DNA of 64,000 bases from Pseudomonadota bacterium (GCA_021802945.1 JAJZRE010000004.1:818-64817), one strand, 5' to 3'; shown: positions 31,079 to 42,125, numbered from the stretch's first letter. Numbers and translations are program-made. Notes: generated by a model not told the origin, from the sequence alone.

Positions 31079-31194
31079 GCTGCGTCACCTCCGATGCGTT
31101 CTCGATTCATCAAGCGCCTTGGCGTCGGCTCCTGACGGCATTCGCTGCCGGTCGCACCTCCCGCCTGCGGCGGCAGGCACTGCTCCCTGCTCAT
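31075..31194 (-). CDS. 39-codon ORF bridging the two nifZ genes
   Basis: ATG overlaps the upstream nifZ stop (ATGA) and its TGA overlaps the downstream nifZ ATG; MSREQCLPPQAGG...RIGGDAA. Confidence 0.4.
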   Translation of the reverse strand: MSREQCLPPQAGGATGSECRQEPTPRRLMNRERIGGDAA

Positions 31195-31508
31195 GCCGTC
31201 GCCTCCTTTGCCTCGGCCAGGACGGCCGGCTTGTCGTCGACGAAGGCTTCGAGTTCCTTGCCGCGCATGCCGACGCGGTGCCCGGTATCGACGAAATCGA
31301 CGGCGTAGATGTAGAACTGCTGCAGGAAGGTGCCGATGCTGGTGACATAGCCGATGTCGCCTTTCCTCACCAGGATCTCGCCGATGTCCTTGCCGGCATA
31401 GGTGCCGTCGTTGCGCACCGTCTTGATGGACTTCACCTTCGCCCCGAAGTCGAATATCGGGTCGGCGGTGATTTCCACGATGTCACTGTCGCGACTGATC
31501 TTGGCCAT
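31191..31508 (-). CDS. nifZ: NifZ
   Basis: VRNDGTYAG, GYVTSIGTFLQQFYIYAVDF, VGMRGKEL. Confidence 0.92.
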   Translation of the reverse strand: MAKISRDSDIVEITADPIFDFGAKVKSIKTVRNDGTYAGKDIGEILVRKGDIGYVTSIGTFLQQFYIYAVDFVDTGHRVGMRGKELEAFVDDKPAVLAEAKEATA

Positions 31509-31532
31509 GTTCGAACTCCTGAATCCTGATCG

Positions 31533-32324
31533 TTAAAACGGTTGGCACGCCTGCTTCGGCACCACCGGACAGCTTGCGCCGCTGCCTCTGCCCAGGCGAT
31601 GACGGGCAACACCGCGCACGAGTTCGTCCTCGTCGTTGGCCAGGCGGTTCAGATGACTGCGCTCGGCCCGGCTGGCCACCTCGTAGCGCACGCGCCAGTC
31701 GGGATCGTCCATCAGCAGGAGCAGCTGCCACGCCTTCATGCGCCTGGCCACTTCGCGGCGAACAGCAGCCTCGCCGTCCCTTGCCATGGCCGGCAGCCAG
31801 GCATCGCCGATGCGGCTCGCCACCGTGCTGCGGACCGTGAAATCCGCATCGTGCATCATCAGGCTCAGCAGGTTTTCCGGGATGCGCCGCGCCACCACCT
31901 GGCGCACGTAGTAATCCGGATCATGGATCATGGCGTCCAGTTCTTCGGGATCGAGGCGCGCCGCCACCCGTATCCGCACTTCGCGGTGCGGGTCGTTCAC
32001 CAGCGTCAAAAGATGCCTCGACGGCAGCCTGAGCGCCGCGCTCCAGCGAACGGTCTCGTCCGGATCACGGATCAGCTGCGGCAGGTGGAACACGTCCACA
32101 TGCTTGGCCGCCACCGCGCGCACCTCGAAATAGGGATGGCCGAGAAAGTCCCTGGCCCGTTCCGGATTCCAGGAAAAGAAACGGTCGATGCGCTTGGCGT
32201 AGCGGTCGTGCACGCAGGCATGACCGATGCGGCAACGCTCCTCGGCCAGCAGCGCGCGGCAAGCACAGCCCGCGCAGTCCACCGCGCAGCCTTGCCAGTC
32301 GACGGGGGGGCCGAGATCACTCAT
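31533..32324 (-). CDS. 4Fe4S-binding leucine-rich-variant (LRV/HEAT) repeat protein
   Basis: N-terminal CAGC...CRIGHACVHDRY; repeated DPDETVR, DPHREVR, DPDYYVR, DPDWRVR units. Confidence 0.88.
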   Translation of the reverse strand: MSDLGPPVDWQGCAVDCAGCACRALLAEERCRIGHACVHDRYAKRIDRFFSWNPERARDFLGHPYFEVRAVAAKHVDVFHLPQLIRDPDETVRWSAALRLPSRHLLTLVNDPHREVRIRVAARLDPEELDAMIHDPDYYVRQVVARRIPENLLSLMMHDADFTVRSTVASRIGDAWLPAMARDGEAAVRREVARRMKAWQLLLLMDDPDWRVRYEVASRAERSHLNRLANDEDELVRGVARHRLGRGSGASCPVVPKQACQPF

Positions 32325-32880
32325 CCTCGTCCTCCCGCCCGTGGCGCGCCAGCACCTTGAGCAGCACCGCGGCGTTCAGCTTGTCGCTCGGGTCGAGTTC
32401 CAGCATTTTCGTCAGGACGGCATGGCTTTCCTCCAGCCGTCCCAAGCGCATCTGCAGATAGCCGCAGGCTTTCAGGGTGAACAGGTAGAAGCGCGGCAGG
32501 ATGGCATCGTAGCTGCCGAACTCCGCATCGCCGCACCGCACGCGGCGCCAGTCCTCGTTCAGGCGGTTGTCGCGCGCGGCCTTGGCCAGGCAGCGCGCGG
32601 CCACATCGAGCGCATCGGCAAGGCGCCCCTTGTAGAAATAGAATCGGTACAGCGCGATCAGCACGGCGGCGTGGCCGGGCGCCAGGGCCTGCGCCTGGAA
32701 CAGATGGCGCTCGGCGACCACATCGTGCTGGTAGTTGAGGCCGGCCAGGCGCAGATGCTGCTCGACCTGTTCCGGCAGATGGCCGCCGAGGCAGGCGCGC
32801 GCCAGCCATTCCGGATCCATGTCCGCCGGCACGGCTGGACTCGCCGTCACGATTCCGTCCCCTGTCACACCGGCCGCCAT
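32317..32880 (-). CDS. nif-associated helical-repeat hypothetical protein
   Basis: LYRFYFYKGRL, RFYLFTLKACGY, LELDPSDKL; inside the nifB operon. Confidence 0.7.
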   Translation of the reverse strand: MAAGVTGDGIVTASPAVPADMDPEWLARACLGGHLPEQVEQHLRLAGLNYQHDVVAERHLFQAQALAPGHAAVLIALYRFYFYKGRLADALDVAARCLAKAARDNRLNEDWRRVRCGDAEFGSYDAILPRFYLFTLKACGYLQMRLGRLEESHAVLTKMLELDPSDKLNAAVLLKVLARHGREDEDE

Positions 32881-32899
32881 CGCATCGCCCCCGCTCGCC

Positions 32900-33271
32900 T
32901 CAGTGCTTGTGGCCGATGCCGGAAATGTCGATGCTGGACACCCCGCTGCTGCTGGAACTGCTGCAGGCGCAGGATGGCGAATTCGGCGTGACGAAAGTCA
33001 GCCCGCTGCTGGTCGGCGTATCCGCGAAGTCGATGGTCGCGCCTTGCAGCAGCAGGCGGCTTTCCGCCGGCAGGAAGAGCTTGACGCCGCCGACCTCGAC
33101 CACCGCATCGCCGGGCAGCGGCGCCGACTCCACGGTGAATTCGGAGGCGAGCCCGGAGCAGCCGCCGGCACTCACCGTCAGGCGGAAGCCGCCGCTCTCG
33201 CCGGCGCTGCTGAATCGGACCATGCGGCGCACGAACTTCTCGGCGGCGGGCGTGAGGGACAGTTCCATCAT
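32900..33271 (-). CDS. HesB/IscA-type Fe-S carrier
   Basis: GGCSG, IDF, CAC. Confidence 0.88.
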   Translation of the reverse strand: MMELSLTPAAEKFVRRMVRFSSAGESGGFRLTVSAGGCSGLASEFTVESAPLPGDAVVEVGGVKLFLPAESRLLLQGATIDFADTPTSSGLTFVTPNSPSCACSSSSSSGVSSIDISGIGHKH

Positions 33272-33277
33272 GATCTC

Positions 33278-33499
33278 CTAGGCCGCCACGTAGCGCGGGT
33301 AGCTGTTGTCGATCACGCAGGTGTCGTCGACCGGGCAGACCGCGACGCACTGCGGATCGTCGAAGTAGCCGATGCACTCGGTGCACTTCTCCGGCTTGAT
33401 GACGAAGGTGCCGTCCTTCTCGCGAATGGCGTTGTTGGGACACTCCGGTTCGCACGCCGAACAGGCGGTGCATTGGGAGGTGACGATCTTGAATGCCAT
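33278..33499 (-). CDS. fdxN: 2[4Fe-4S] ferredoxin
   Basis: [18 protein letters not shown]...PQCVAVCP; directly after nifB. Confidence 0.9.
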   Translation of the reverse strand: MAFKIVTSQCTACSACEPECPNNAIREKDGTFVIKPEKCTECIGYFDDPQCVAVCPVDDTCVIDNSYPRYVAA

Positions 33500-33531
33500 G
33501 GTCTTGCTCTCCTAGCTGTTGCAGATAAAGG

Positions 33532-35091
33532 TCATGCGGCGATGTAGGCGCCCTGGCGGATGTCGGCGTCGCCGCGGGCGGCGTGCACGATTTCGCCGGA
33601 CTTCACTTTCGCCAGGTATTCCTTGAAGTACTTCACCGCGGACTGTTCGATAAATTCGTGCGCGTACTTGTCCACCGGGTCGATGCCCGCCGCCTTCAGG
33701 CTGTCTTTCGGGCAGCCGCCGATCTTGGCCACGAACACGGCGACGCAGTCGTTGATGGCACGGATCACGGTCGGCAGGGTGTCTTCCTCGCCGAAGCCGC
33801 CCTGGCAGTAGAGGTCGACGCGGCGATGGCCGACGAACTTGGAGCCTTCGGTGCTGAGTTCGTAGATCTGGAATTCCTGCGCATGCCCGAAGTGTTCGTT
33901 GATCCGCCCGTGGCCCTTGGTCGCGACGGCGATCAGAACCTTCACATCGCTGAACTCCGCCTCCAGGTCGGCCAGCTCGGCCTGCTTGGCCGCCACCGTG
34001 GCCTGGCGTTCCTGCTCCACCGCCGCCTGGTAGGCCTTGCGGCCTTCGAGGTCGTAATGAACGTCCATCGACTCGATCTTCTCGGTGGTGAACTCGGCGC
34101 TGCGGTCCTCGCCCAGCAGGCCGACGGCGTCGGCGCGGCACTGGCGGCAATGGCGCATCATGTTCATCTCGCCTTCGCACGAGTCCTGCAGCGCCTTGAG
34201 TTCCTGCGCGGTGGGGCCGCGCTGGCCGTTGAGGCCGAACACGGTGCCATGCTCCGGCGCGGAGATGAGCGGCATGATGTTGTGCAGGAAGGCGCCGCGC
34301 GACTTCACCGCCTTGTTCACCTCGACCAGGTGCTGGTCGTTGATGCCGGGGATCATCACCGAATTCACCTTGCACAGAATGCCGCGCTCGGTGAGCATCT
34401 CCAGGCCGCGCATCTGGTGTTCGTGCAGGATGCGCGCCGCATCGATGCCCTTCCAGCGCTTGTTCTTCCAGAAGATCCACGGGTAGATGTGCTGCCCGAC
34501 TTCGGGATCGACCATGTTGATGGTGATGGTGACGTGGTCGATGTTGTACTGGGAGAGACGCTCCACGTGCTCCGGCAGGGCGAGGCCGTTGGTCGACACG
34601 CACAGCTTGATGTCGGGCGCGGTCTGGGCCACCAGCTCGAAGGTCCTGAAGGTCTTTTCGGGATTGGCGAGTGGGTCCCCGGGGCCGGCGATGCCCAGCA
34701 CGGTCATCTGCGGAATGGTGGACGCGACCGCCAGCACCTTCTTCGCGGCCTGCTCGGGGGTGAGCTTCTCGCTCACCACGCCGGGTCGCGATTCGTTGGC
34801 GCAGTCGTACTTGCGGTTGCAGTAGTTGCACTGGATGTTGCAGGCCGGCGCCACCGCCACATGCATGCGCGCGAAGTGATGGTGCGCTTCTTCGCTGTAG
34901 CAGGGATGGTTCTTGACCTTCTCCCAGATGGCCGGATCCATGTCTTCCGGGCCGCCCGACGAGCCGCAACTCGCCTTGCCGCCCTCGCCGGAAGTGCCGC
35001 AGCCCTTGTGCTCGGCCACTTGCTGCATGACTTCTTCCATCGACTTGGGCCGATCGGCCCCTGTGCTCACACCACCTGCATGACTGTTCAT
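33532..35091 (-). CDS. nifB: FeMo-cofactor biosynthesis radical SAM protein
   Basis: [31 protein letters not shown]; C-terminal NifX-like domain; start must lie downstream of the promoter at 35171. Confidence 0.97.
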   Translation of the reverse strand: MNSHAGGVSTGADRPKSMEEVMQQVAEHKGCGTSGEGGKASCGSSGGPEDMDPAIWEKVKNHPCYSEEAHHHFARMHVAVAPACNIQCNYCNRKYDCANESRPGVVSEKLTPEQAAKKVLAVASTIPQMTVLGIAGPGDPLANPEKTFRTFELVAQTAPDIKLCVSTNGLALPEHVERLSQYNIDHVTITINMVDPEVGQHIYPWIFWKNKRWKGIDAARILHEHQMRGLEMLTERGILCKVNSVMIPGINDQHLVEVNKAVKSRGAFLHNIMPLISAPEHGTVFGLNGQRGPTAQELKALQDSCEGEMNMMRHCRQCRADAVGLLGEDRSAEFTTEKIESMDVHYDLEGRKAYQAAVEQERQATVAAKQAELADLEAEFSDVKVLIAVATKGHGRINEHFGHAQEFQIYELSTEGSKFVGHRRVDLYCQGGFGEEDTLPTVIRAINDCVAVFVAKIGGCPKDSLKAAGIDPVDKYAHEFIEQSAVKYFKEYLAKVKSGEIVHAARGDADIRQGAYIAA

Positions 35092-35170
35092 ACCTGGCTC
35101 CCGTCTGTGTCCATCGATAGCGGTCGCCGGTGCGGCCGACCGTTGAATGGGTTCGTACAGGAGCCTTTCA

Positions 35171-35297
35171 GCAACAAGCATGCCATGCGGGAAATTCACG
35201 GAAAGGCTCGAAAGACAAGGACTTGCGGAGATTTACGGTTTGTCGCAACTGTGACAAACCGGGCGCTCAAGCGGGGGGAATTGTCGGGAACGTTACA
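35171..35297 (-). promoter_or_regulatory. Sigma54 promoter of nifB with two NifA UAS
   Basis: Minus TGGCAT-GCTTG-TTGC (35171-35185); TGT-N10-ACA at 35241-35256 and 35282-35297. Confidence 0.9.
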
Positions 35298-35369
35298 GCC
35301 TGGGGCGATGAGTGGTGATGGATGATGCCCCGGGATTTACCATTTACTATTTACTATTCACCCATCGCC

Positions 35370-36992
<1,623 letters not shown>

Positions 36993-37052
36993 ATTCCGAC
37001 TCCGTTTCGCCCGGATGGCGATTTAATACAAAAACCTGCCTTTATCCATGAT

Positions 37053-37067
37053 GCAAGGAATGTGCCA
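37053..37067 (-). promoter_or_regulatory. Sigma54 promoter of nifA
   Basis: Minus TGGCAC-ATTCC-TTGC. Confidence 0.85.
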
Positions 37068-37191
37068 TATTGCCAGGGGGCAATACTATGATTATGTAAC
37101 TGTGCTTGCCTATGAGACGGAAGGAACCTTTCACAATTGGCAAAGCGGGCCGGTAGCGAGCCAGCTGTTAAAGCATAGCGCCAGCGCCTTT

Positions 37192-37261
37192 TCGACACCA
37201 AAATCCGCCATGTGACGAAGCCGGGAGCGAACCTCTTCCTGGAGCTTGGCTTCGCGCCCGC
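37192..37261 (+). repeat. 70-bp direct copy of 41013-41082 (5' part of the higA-like gene)
   Basis: TCGACACC(A/G)AAATCCGCCATGTGACGAAGCCGGGAGCGAACCTCTTCCTGGAGCTTGGCTTCGCGCCCGC; one mismatch. Confidence 0.95.
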
Positions 37262-37392
37262 TGTCGCGGTGATATCGACCTTGGCCGCGGTCACTGCCTG
37301 CCCAAGCACCCGGGTCGTGAATGGCAGGGAAAGATGCTCTTCGAGCATGGCGGAGAACCCGCCAGCCTGCTCTGATTCGTTGTAGGCGCCGT
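37262..37392 (-). pseudogene. Fragment of a 'calcium-binding protein' (CcbP-like) family gene
   Basis: Translates DAYNESEQAGGFSAMLEEHLSLPFTTRVLGQAV; no proper start or end. Confidence 0.45.
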
Positions 37393-37424
37393 CGGAGTCT
37401 CATTGTTGTACTGAAAGAGTCCAG

Positions 37425-37480
37425 TTGACAAACTCATAACCTTAAAGTTATAAATACTCAACTCATAACTTCTGGGTTAT
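37425..37480 (+). promoter_or_regulatory. Sigma70 promoter and twin ArsR-type operators
   Basis: TTGACA 37425-37430; ATAACCTTAAAGTTAT and ATAACTTCTGGGTTAT palindromes each preceded by AACTC. Confidence 0.65.
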
Positions 37481-37488
37481 TTATTCGA

Positions 37489-37812
37489 ATGCAATCCTCA
37501 GCCGACATCCTGTTCGCAGCGTTGGGCGACCCGACCCGCAGGGCAATCTTCCAGCGTCTGTCTCACGACGGCGAGCAGACAGTGCACGCCCTTACGGGCC
37601 GCGCCGGCATCTCGCAGCCGGCCGTGTCGAAGCATCTCGGCGTGCTTAAACGTGCCGGGTTGGTGAATGATCGACGCGCCGGCCGCGAAACCTACTACCG
37701 CGCCCGAGCCGAGGGACTGGCTCCGCTGATCGACTGGATGGGTCTCTATGGCGCTTTCTGGCGCGAGCGGCTCGACGCTCTTGAAGACTTGCTTGGAAGG
37801 ATGGACAAATGA
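37489..37812 (+). CDS. ArsR/SmtB-family regulator
   Basis: FAALGDPTRRAI, ISQPAVSKHLGVLKRAGLV, GRETYY. Confidence 0.92.
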   Translation: MQSSADILFAALGDPTRRAIFQRLSHDGEQTVHALTGRAGISQPAVSKHLGVLKRAGLVNDRRAGRETYYRARAEGLAPLIDWMGLYGAFWRERLDALEDLLGRMDK

Positions 37813-37983
37813 CCGACCGATACGCCCCCGTCCATATTGAAGCTCGAGAGGCAAATCCCCGGCCGCGCCAGGGAGTACGAAAGCTTGGGGTTTCGGAATG
37901 CGAGCCAAAAGACACCCACATCCATGAGGCGGTTCAGCGTGCCAAAAGGCATTTAAGTGAACGAGTACGGGAAATCTGGACGC

Positions 37984-38424
37984 ATGACTGACCCTACCGA
38001 ACACACTGGCTCCCTGGTGTTCGAACGCCAGCTGCCGCATCCGCCCGAGAAGGTCTGGCGCGCACTCACCCAGTCCTGGCTGATCGAGGAATGGCTGATG
38101 AAGAACGATTTCATCGCCGAGGTTGGCCATCGCTTCACCTTCCGCGCAACACCTCTTCCGGGCTGGTCCGGCGTTGTGAACTGCGAGGTCGTGCTGGTCG
38201 AGGCTCCGCATCGGTTGGCCTACCGCTGGGGCGACGGAACGGAGTCGGACAGCGGGCTATCGACGCTCGTCACATGGACGCTGTCTCCACGGAGCGAGGG
38301 AACGCTGGTTCGCATGGAACAGTCCGGCTTCCGTGCACCGGATGGAATGGCCTATCACCGCATGGGCGGGGGATGGCCGCGGATTCTTGGTCAACTCGAA
38401 CACGTTGTGGGAGGCATGAAATGA
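37984..38424 (+). CDS. SRPBCC/AHSA1 domain protein
   Basis: HPPEKVWRALT, EWLMKNDF, RLAYRW, LVRMEQSGF, GW. Confidence 0.9.
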   Translation: MTDPTEHTGSLVFERQLPHPPEKVWRALTQSWLIEEWLMKNDFIAEVGHRFTFRATPLPGWSGVVNCEVVLVEAPHRLAYRWGDGTESDSGLSTLVTWTLSPRSEGTLVRMEQSGFRAPDGMAYHRMGGGWPRILGQLEHVVGGMK

Positions 38425-39017
38425 ACACGTCGAACACTCGCATCGCCATCGTTTATCACAGCGGCTACGGCCACACGGCGCGCCAAGCCGAGGCCGTCAA
38501 AGCCGGTATCGAACAAGTGGATGGCACTGAAGCCTTGTTGCTGACGGTCGAGGATGCGCAAACGCGCTGGGGTGATTTAGCCAGCGCCGAAGCGATCATC
38601 TTCGGTACACCGACGTACATGGCCAGCGTTTCGGCCCAGTTCAAAGCCTTCCAGGATGCGACCTCCCATGCGGTCATGGCCCAGGGCTTCGCATGGAAGG
38701 ACAAGATCGCGGCCGGCTTCACCAACTCAGGCTCGCACTCGGGAGACAAGCTGGCGACGCTGATTCAGATCGCGCTCTTCGCCGCGCAGCATGGCATGCA
38801 CTGGGTCAACCTCGCCTTGCCGCCCGCGAACAACTCCACGACGGGATCGGAAGAGGATTTGAACCGTCTCGGCTTCTGGCTCGGTGCCGGCGCCCAGTCA
38901 AACACCGACCAGGGGCCCGATGTCGCGCCGCCGGAGGCGGATCTGGCTACGTCGCGTCATCTCGGACGACGTGTTGCCGAGGCAGCGCTTCAATTCGCAC
39001 GCGGTAGAATGGCCTGA
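38421..39017 (+). CDS. Flavodoxin-like WrbA-family NAD(P)H oxidoreductase
   Basis: IVYHSGYGHT, FGTPTYM, WKDKIAAGFTNSGSHSGDK. Confidence 0.9.
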   Translation: MNTSNTRIAIVYHSGYGHTARQAEAVKAGIEQVDGTEALLLTVEDAQTRWGDLASAEAIIFGTPTYMASVSAQFKAFQDATSHAVMAQGFAWKDKIAAGFTNSGSHSGDKLATLIQIALFAAQHGMHWVNLALPPANNSTTGSEEDLNRLGFWLGAGAQSNTDQGPDVAPPEADLATSRHLGRRVAEAALQFARGRMA

Positions 39018-39118
39018 CCATTATCCCAATCGCGCGGTGCGTCCGCGGGTACCGGAAGGATACGAATTTTCCGACTGACATCCTATTTATCGCGCAGTTC
39101 GTTTCTCCTCAAGGGACG

Positions 39119-39510
39119 AATTGAGTGGAAAACATCGATATTTACTGCGCAACAAATTGGTTTTACCGTCCGGGGCCATGCGGATATGACGGTAAACCCG
39201 GATGCCGATATTTCGAGGAAGAATCCACCGTCAGATTTACCGTCAAATCTTCGCGCGATGCAGACGCCCCGGCCACGAGCGGAAACGTACAAAATCTTTC
39301 GATATCAATCGCTTGCCTTCGAAAGTCCGTGTCGTTGATGATGTATCCACGGTCGTCATCGACACTTGACAAGTATTTGATATTTAAGGGGACACTTTCA
39401 AGGCCAAGAACCCCTCACTCCCACTCAATTGTTTCCAGTGGCCGGAAACCCGCATGAACACTCGATTTATTTGGCTTCGTCATCACACTTTACCGTCATT
39501 TATACCGTCA
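39119..39510. mobile_element. att-like junction: guaA-3'-end-like core with integrase arm-type repeats
   Basis: Minus 39415-39432 ACAATTGAGTGGGAGTGA (T-I-E-W-E-stop); TACCGTCA/TGACGGTA repeats at about 39161, 39187, 39225, 39236, 39489 and 39503; degenerate inverted core AATTGAGTGGAA at 39119. Confidence 0.65.
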
Positions 39511-39633
39511 TAAAACGGGCTCTTTTGCCGGCGCTGGAGATGGACTCGATTTGACGGGCGGCTATTCCAGCCCATCAATCGTCAACTATCGCTGCGAACC
39601 AGCAAGCCTGAAACTTTGGATTATTTGCTGTTA

Positions 39634-39717
39634 TCGTAGCACAACTACGACCAATGCATCCGAACAAAACTTGGCAGCCACTTAAAATAATGGTAAATGT
39701 CGTAGCATGGCTACGAC
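39634..39717. promoter_or_regulatory. AbiEi-type autoregulatory inverted repeats
   Basis: TCGTAGCACAACTACGA (39634-39650) and GTCGTAGCATGGCTACGAC (39699-39717, covers the ATG). Confidence 0.65.
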
Positions 39718-40444
39718 TGAAAGAACTAAGCTAAATTCCCTCTACCGGCAGTGGGCACCGGGAACTCCCTTGACGTCGGAAGACCTGGCGGCATTGGGCA
39801 TCTCCGCCGACCTAGCCGTCCACTATGCGCGTGCTGGGTGGCTCTCCCGCTTGGCGCGCGGGGTGTACCGTCGCCCCAACGATACGCTGGATCTCCATGC
39901 CTGTCTGGTCCTATTGCTGCGCTCCGTCGAAGGCCTGCATGTCGGCGGCAAGTCTGCCCTCGACTGGTACGGTGTGAGGCAGTACCTGTCGCAGCGGTCC
40001 GTTCTGCACCTTTACGGCTGGACAACCGTCCGCCTCCCCGGCTGGTTCACTGAACGCTTCCCGGCGGAGTACCACCGCAAGCGCCTGTTCGACGAGCCGC
40101 CAAACGATCCGCTTCATGCCGGACCGTTCGAGAAGCGCGACGGCGCGCCTCGGGTCTCGACACCAGAGCGAGCGCTGCTGGAAGTGCTCAGCGAGGTGGG
40201 CGTGCGTCAGCCGCTGCAGGAGGCACGCGAACTCGCCGAGAGCACCTATAGCCTGCGCGCCGATGTGCTGCGTGAGTTGCTGCAGCGCTGCACCAGCGTA
40301 AAGACAGTGCGTCTGTGCCTGCAACTCGGACGCGAACTCGCCCTGCCCTGGGCCGCCAAACTGGATGCCGCGCAACTGCCGACCGGCAGCGACCGCGCTT
40401 GGGTATCCCGTTCGGCCGATGGGCTGCTGGTGCTCAAACCATGA
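39707..40444 (+). CDS. Type IV TA antitoxin, AbiEi family
   Basis: GWLSRLARGVY, LHVGGKSAL, STPERALLE, LLQRCTSVKTVRL. Confidence 0.88.
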   Translation: MATTERTKLNSLYRQWAPGTPLTSEDLAALGISADLAVHYARAGWLSRLARGVYRRPNDTLDLHACLVLLLRSVEGLHVGGKSALDWYGVRQYLSQRSVLHLYGWTTVRLPGWFTERFPAEYHRKRLFDEPPNDPLHAGPFEKRDGAPRVSTPERALLEVLSEVGVRQPLQEARELAESTYSLRADVLRELLQRCTSVKTVRLCLQLGRELALPWAAKLDAAQLPTGSDRAWVSRSADGLLVLKP

Positions 40445-40551
40445 ACCAGAGCTATCTCGATACCGCACGTCTGCCAAGCCAAGTCGCCCCACTTATTTTT
40501 GCTGATGGTACGTTCGCGCTCAAGGGTGCGCGGTACTGCGCAGGACTGTGA
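40441..40551 (+). pseudogene. Truncated AbiEii nucleotidyltransferase toxin
   Basis: MNQSYLDTARL..QVAPLIF..GTFALKG, then homology is lost at the KGGTA motif and a stop follows. Confidence 0.8.
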
Positions 40552-40633
40552 CAGCATACGATGGACGATGCGATTACCGGAGCACCGGCCCAACACGTAC
40601 CCCGCGTGAAGCGTTTGACTTCCGTTCTCGATG

Positions 40634-40651
40634 TGTATAAACTTTTATACA
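40634..40651. promoter_or_regulatory. Palindromic operator upstream of the toxin-first TA pair
   Basis: TGTATAAACTTTTATACA. Confidence 0.65.
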
Positions 40652-40664
40652 TATTATTGAAGTG

Positions 40665-41009
40665 ATGAGCGACGAAAAAGAGATTCGCTGGGTGGGTTCC
40701 GCCTACGACGACTTGTTGGCATTCCCGGACGACCCACGTCGCTCCGCTGGTTTCCAGTTGGGTAAGGTCCAAGTTGGTTTGGAACCGGACGACTGGAAGC
40801 CGTTCGATGATGTCGGGGCCGGCGCCAAGGAAATCCGCATTCGGGAGGCCAGCGGCATCTATCGGGTGATGTACGTCGCCAAGTTCGAGGAAGCCGTATA
40901 TGTCCTGCACTGCTTCCAGAAGAAGACTCAGGCAACCAGTAAGCAGGACAAGGGTATTGCCGAGGCGCGCTACCGCGCCGTGGTCAATGCGAGAAAGACA
41001 CAGAAATGA
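40665..41009 (+). CDS. RelE/ParE-superfamily toxin (HigB/Gp49-like)
   Basis: AGFQLGKVQVG, EIRI, YRVMYVAKF, VLHCFQKKT. Confidence 0.9.
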   Translation: MSDEKEIRWVGSAYDDLLAFPDDPRRSAGFQLGKVQVGLEPDDWKPFDDVGAGAKEIRIREASGIYRVMYVAKFEEAVYVLHCFQKKTQATSKQDKGIAEARYRAVVNARKTQK

Positions 41010-41338
41010 AGATCGACACCGAAATCCGCCATGTGACGAAGCCGGGAGCGAACCTCTTCCTGGAGCTTGGCTTCGCGCCCGCCGAGGCCAAGCGCTTGCA
41101 GGCAGCCTCCCGCAAGCAGATCAACGACACCCAATTGCTGAAGCAGCAGTTGATGGACGAGTTGTCCACCTGGATTGCCGAGCATCACCTGAAGCAAGCC
41201 GAAGCGGCCGAGATCCTAATGGTTTCGCGTCCGCGCGTGTCCGACGTAGTGAACAAGAAGACGGCCAAGTTCACCATCGACACACTGGTGGAAATGCTCA
41301 GCCGCGTCGGCAAGCCAGTCAAGCTGGCCATCGGTTGA
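41006..41338 (+). CDS. XRE-family antitoxin (HigA-like)
   Basis: NLFLELGF, LKQAEAAEILMVSRPRVSDVV, KFTIDTLV. Confidence 0.88.
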   Translation: MKIDTEIRHVTKPGANLFLELGFAPAEAKRLQAASRKQINDTQLLKQQLMDELSTWIAEHHLKQAEAAEILMVSRPRVSDVVNKKTAKFTIDTLVEMLSRVGKPVKLAIG

Positions 41339-41350
41339 TGCCGATGTCGC

Positions 41351-42100
41351 ATGGCGATAGCGATCATTCTGTCCAACGGACGCACGTGGAAAACAAAAGC
41401 AGCCGCTCTGAGTCATTTCAAAGCAATGCTGGCGCGCTATGCCGATGGCGCGGTGACCGAGGATCGCAACGACCATGATGACCTTGTGGCGCTGCTCGAA
41501 CGCTACGACGAAGCCATCACCAATGGGCCAAGCAAGACGGGAGTGGGTATCGATCACTTCACCCGCACCCGAAACAACTTCAATGGGTATTCGACGCCAT
41601 CCTTCTGGGTCCATCGCACCGACGGCACTGCCACCGATTTCAGCTATATCTCAGGGGTGAATGGCCAACCCAAGGGGTATTCGCGCGAGTTTTATGATGC
41701 CTGCCGCGTAGCCGTGCAGGACGACCTGATAGCCGCCAAGCGCCGTTTCTTCAACGAGCACGGCGACGAGCAAGGCCGCGTGCTCTGCGAGATCACCAGC
41801 ACCCACATTGGCTTCGAGGACGCCCATCTCGATCACGCTTGGCCAACCTTCGGCCAGATCGTGGCGGCATTCCGGGCTGCGCGCACCTGGACCCGCGAGA
41901 TTCCTACCGGGATCGTCACACTGCCTGCCGACGCACAGACGCAGAGCGTGTTCCAAGACTTGGTTGTCGCCGAAGCCTTCAAAACATTTCATCACGACTT
42001 GGCAATGCTGCGTATTATTCAGCGCAAGGCCAATCTGTCGATGGCGGCCGGTCAGCGCCGACCCGTAGTGCAGCGGCCGCTCCGATTGAGCGCGTCGTGA
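41351..42100 (+). CDS. DCL/DUF3223-like domain plus HNH-like C-terminus
   Basis: KTGVGIDHF, FWVHRTDGTATDFSY (DUF3223-like); CEIT...HLDH..PTF...FH...LRII...NLS. Confidence 0.65.
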   Translation: MAIAIILSNGRTWKTKAAALSHFKAMLARYADGAVTEDRNDHDDLVALLERYDEAITNGPSKTGVGIDHFTRTRNNFNGYSTPSFWVHRTDGTATDFSYISGVNGQPKGYSREFYDACRVAVQDDLIAAKRRFFNEHGDEQGRVLCEITSTHIGFEDAHLDHAWPTFGQIVAAFRAARTWTREIPTGIVTLPADAQTQSVFQDLVVAEAFKTFHHDLAMLRIIQRKANLSMAAGQRRPVVQRPLRLSAS

Positions 42101-42125
42101 TACCCACGACGTCACGCATTCATAC

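Noticed and set aside
39083-39457. Short ORFs across the att-like region (39125-39457 and others)
   Set aside because: No motifs or RBS; the region is better explained by core and arm repeats
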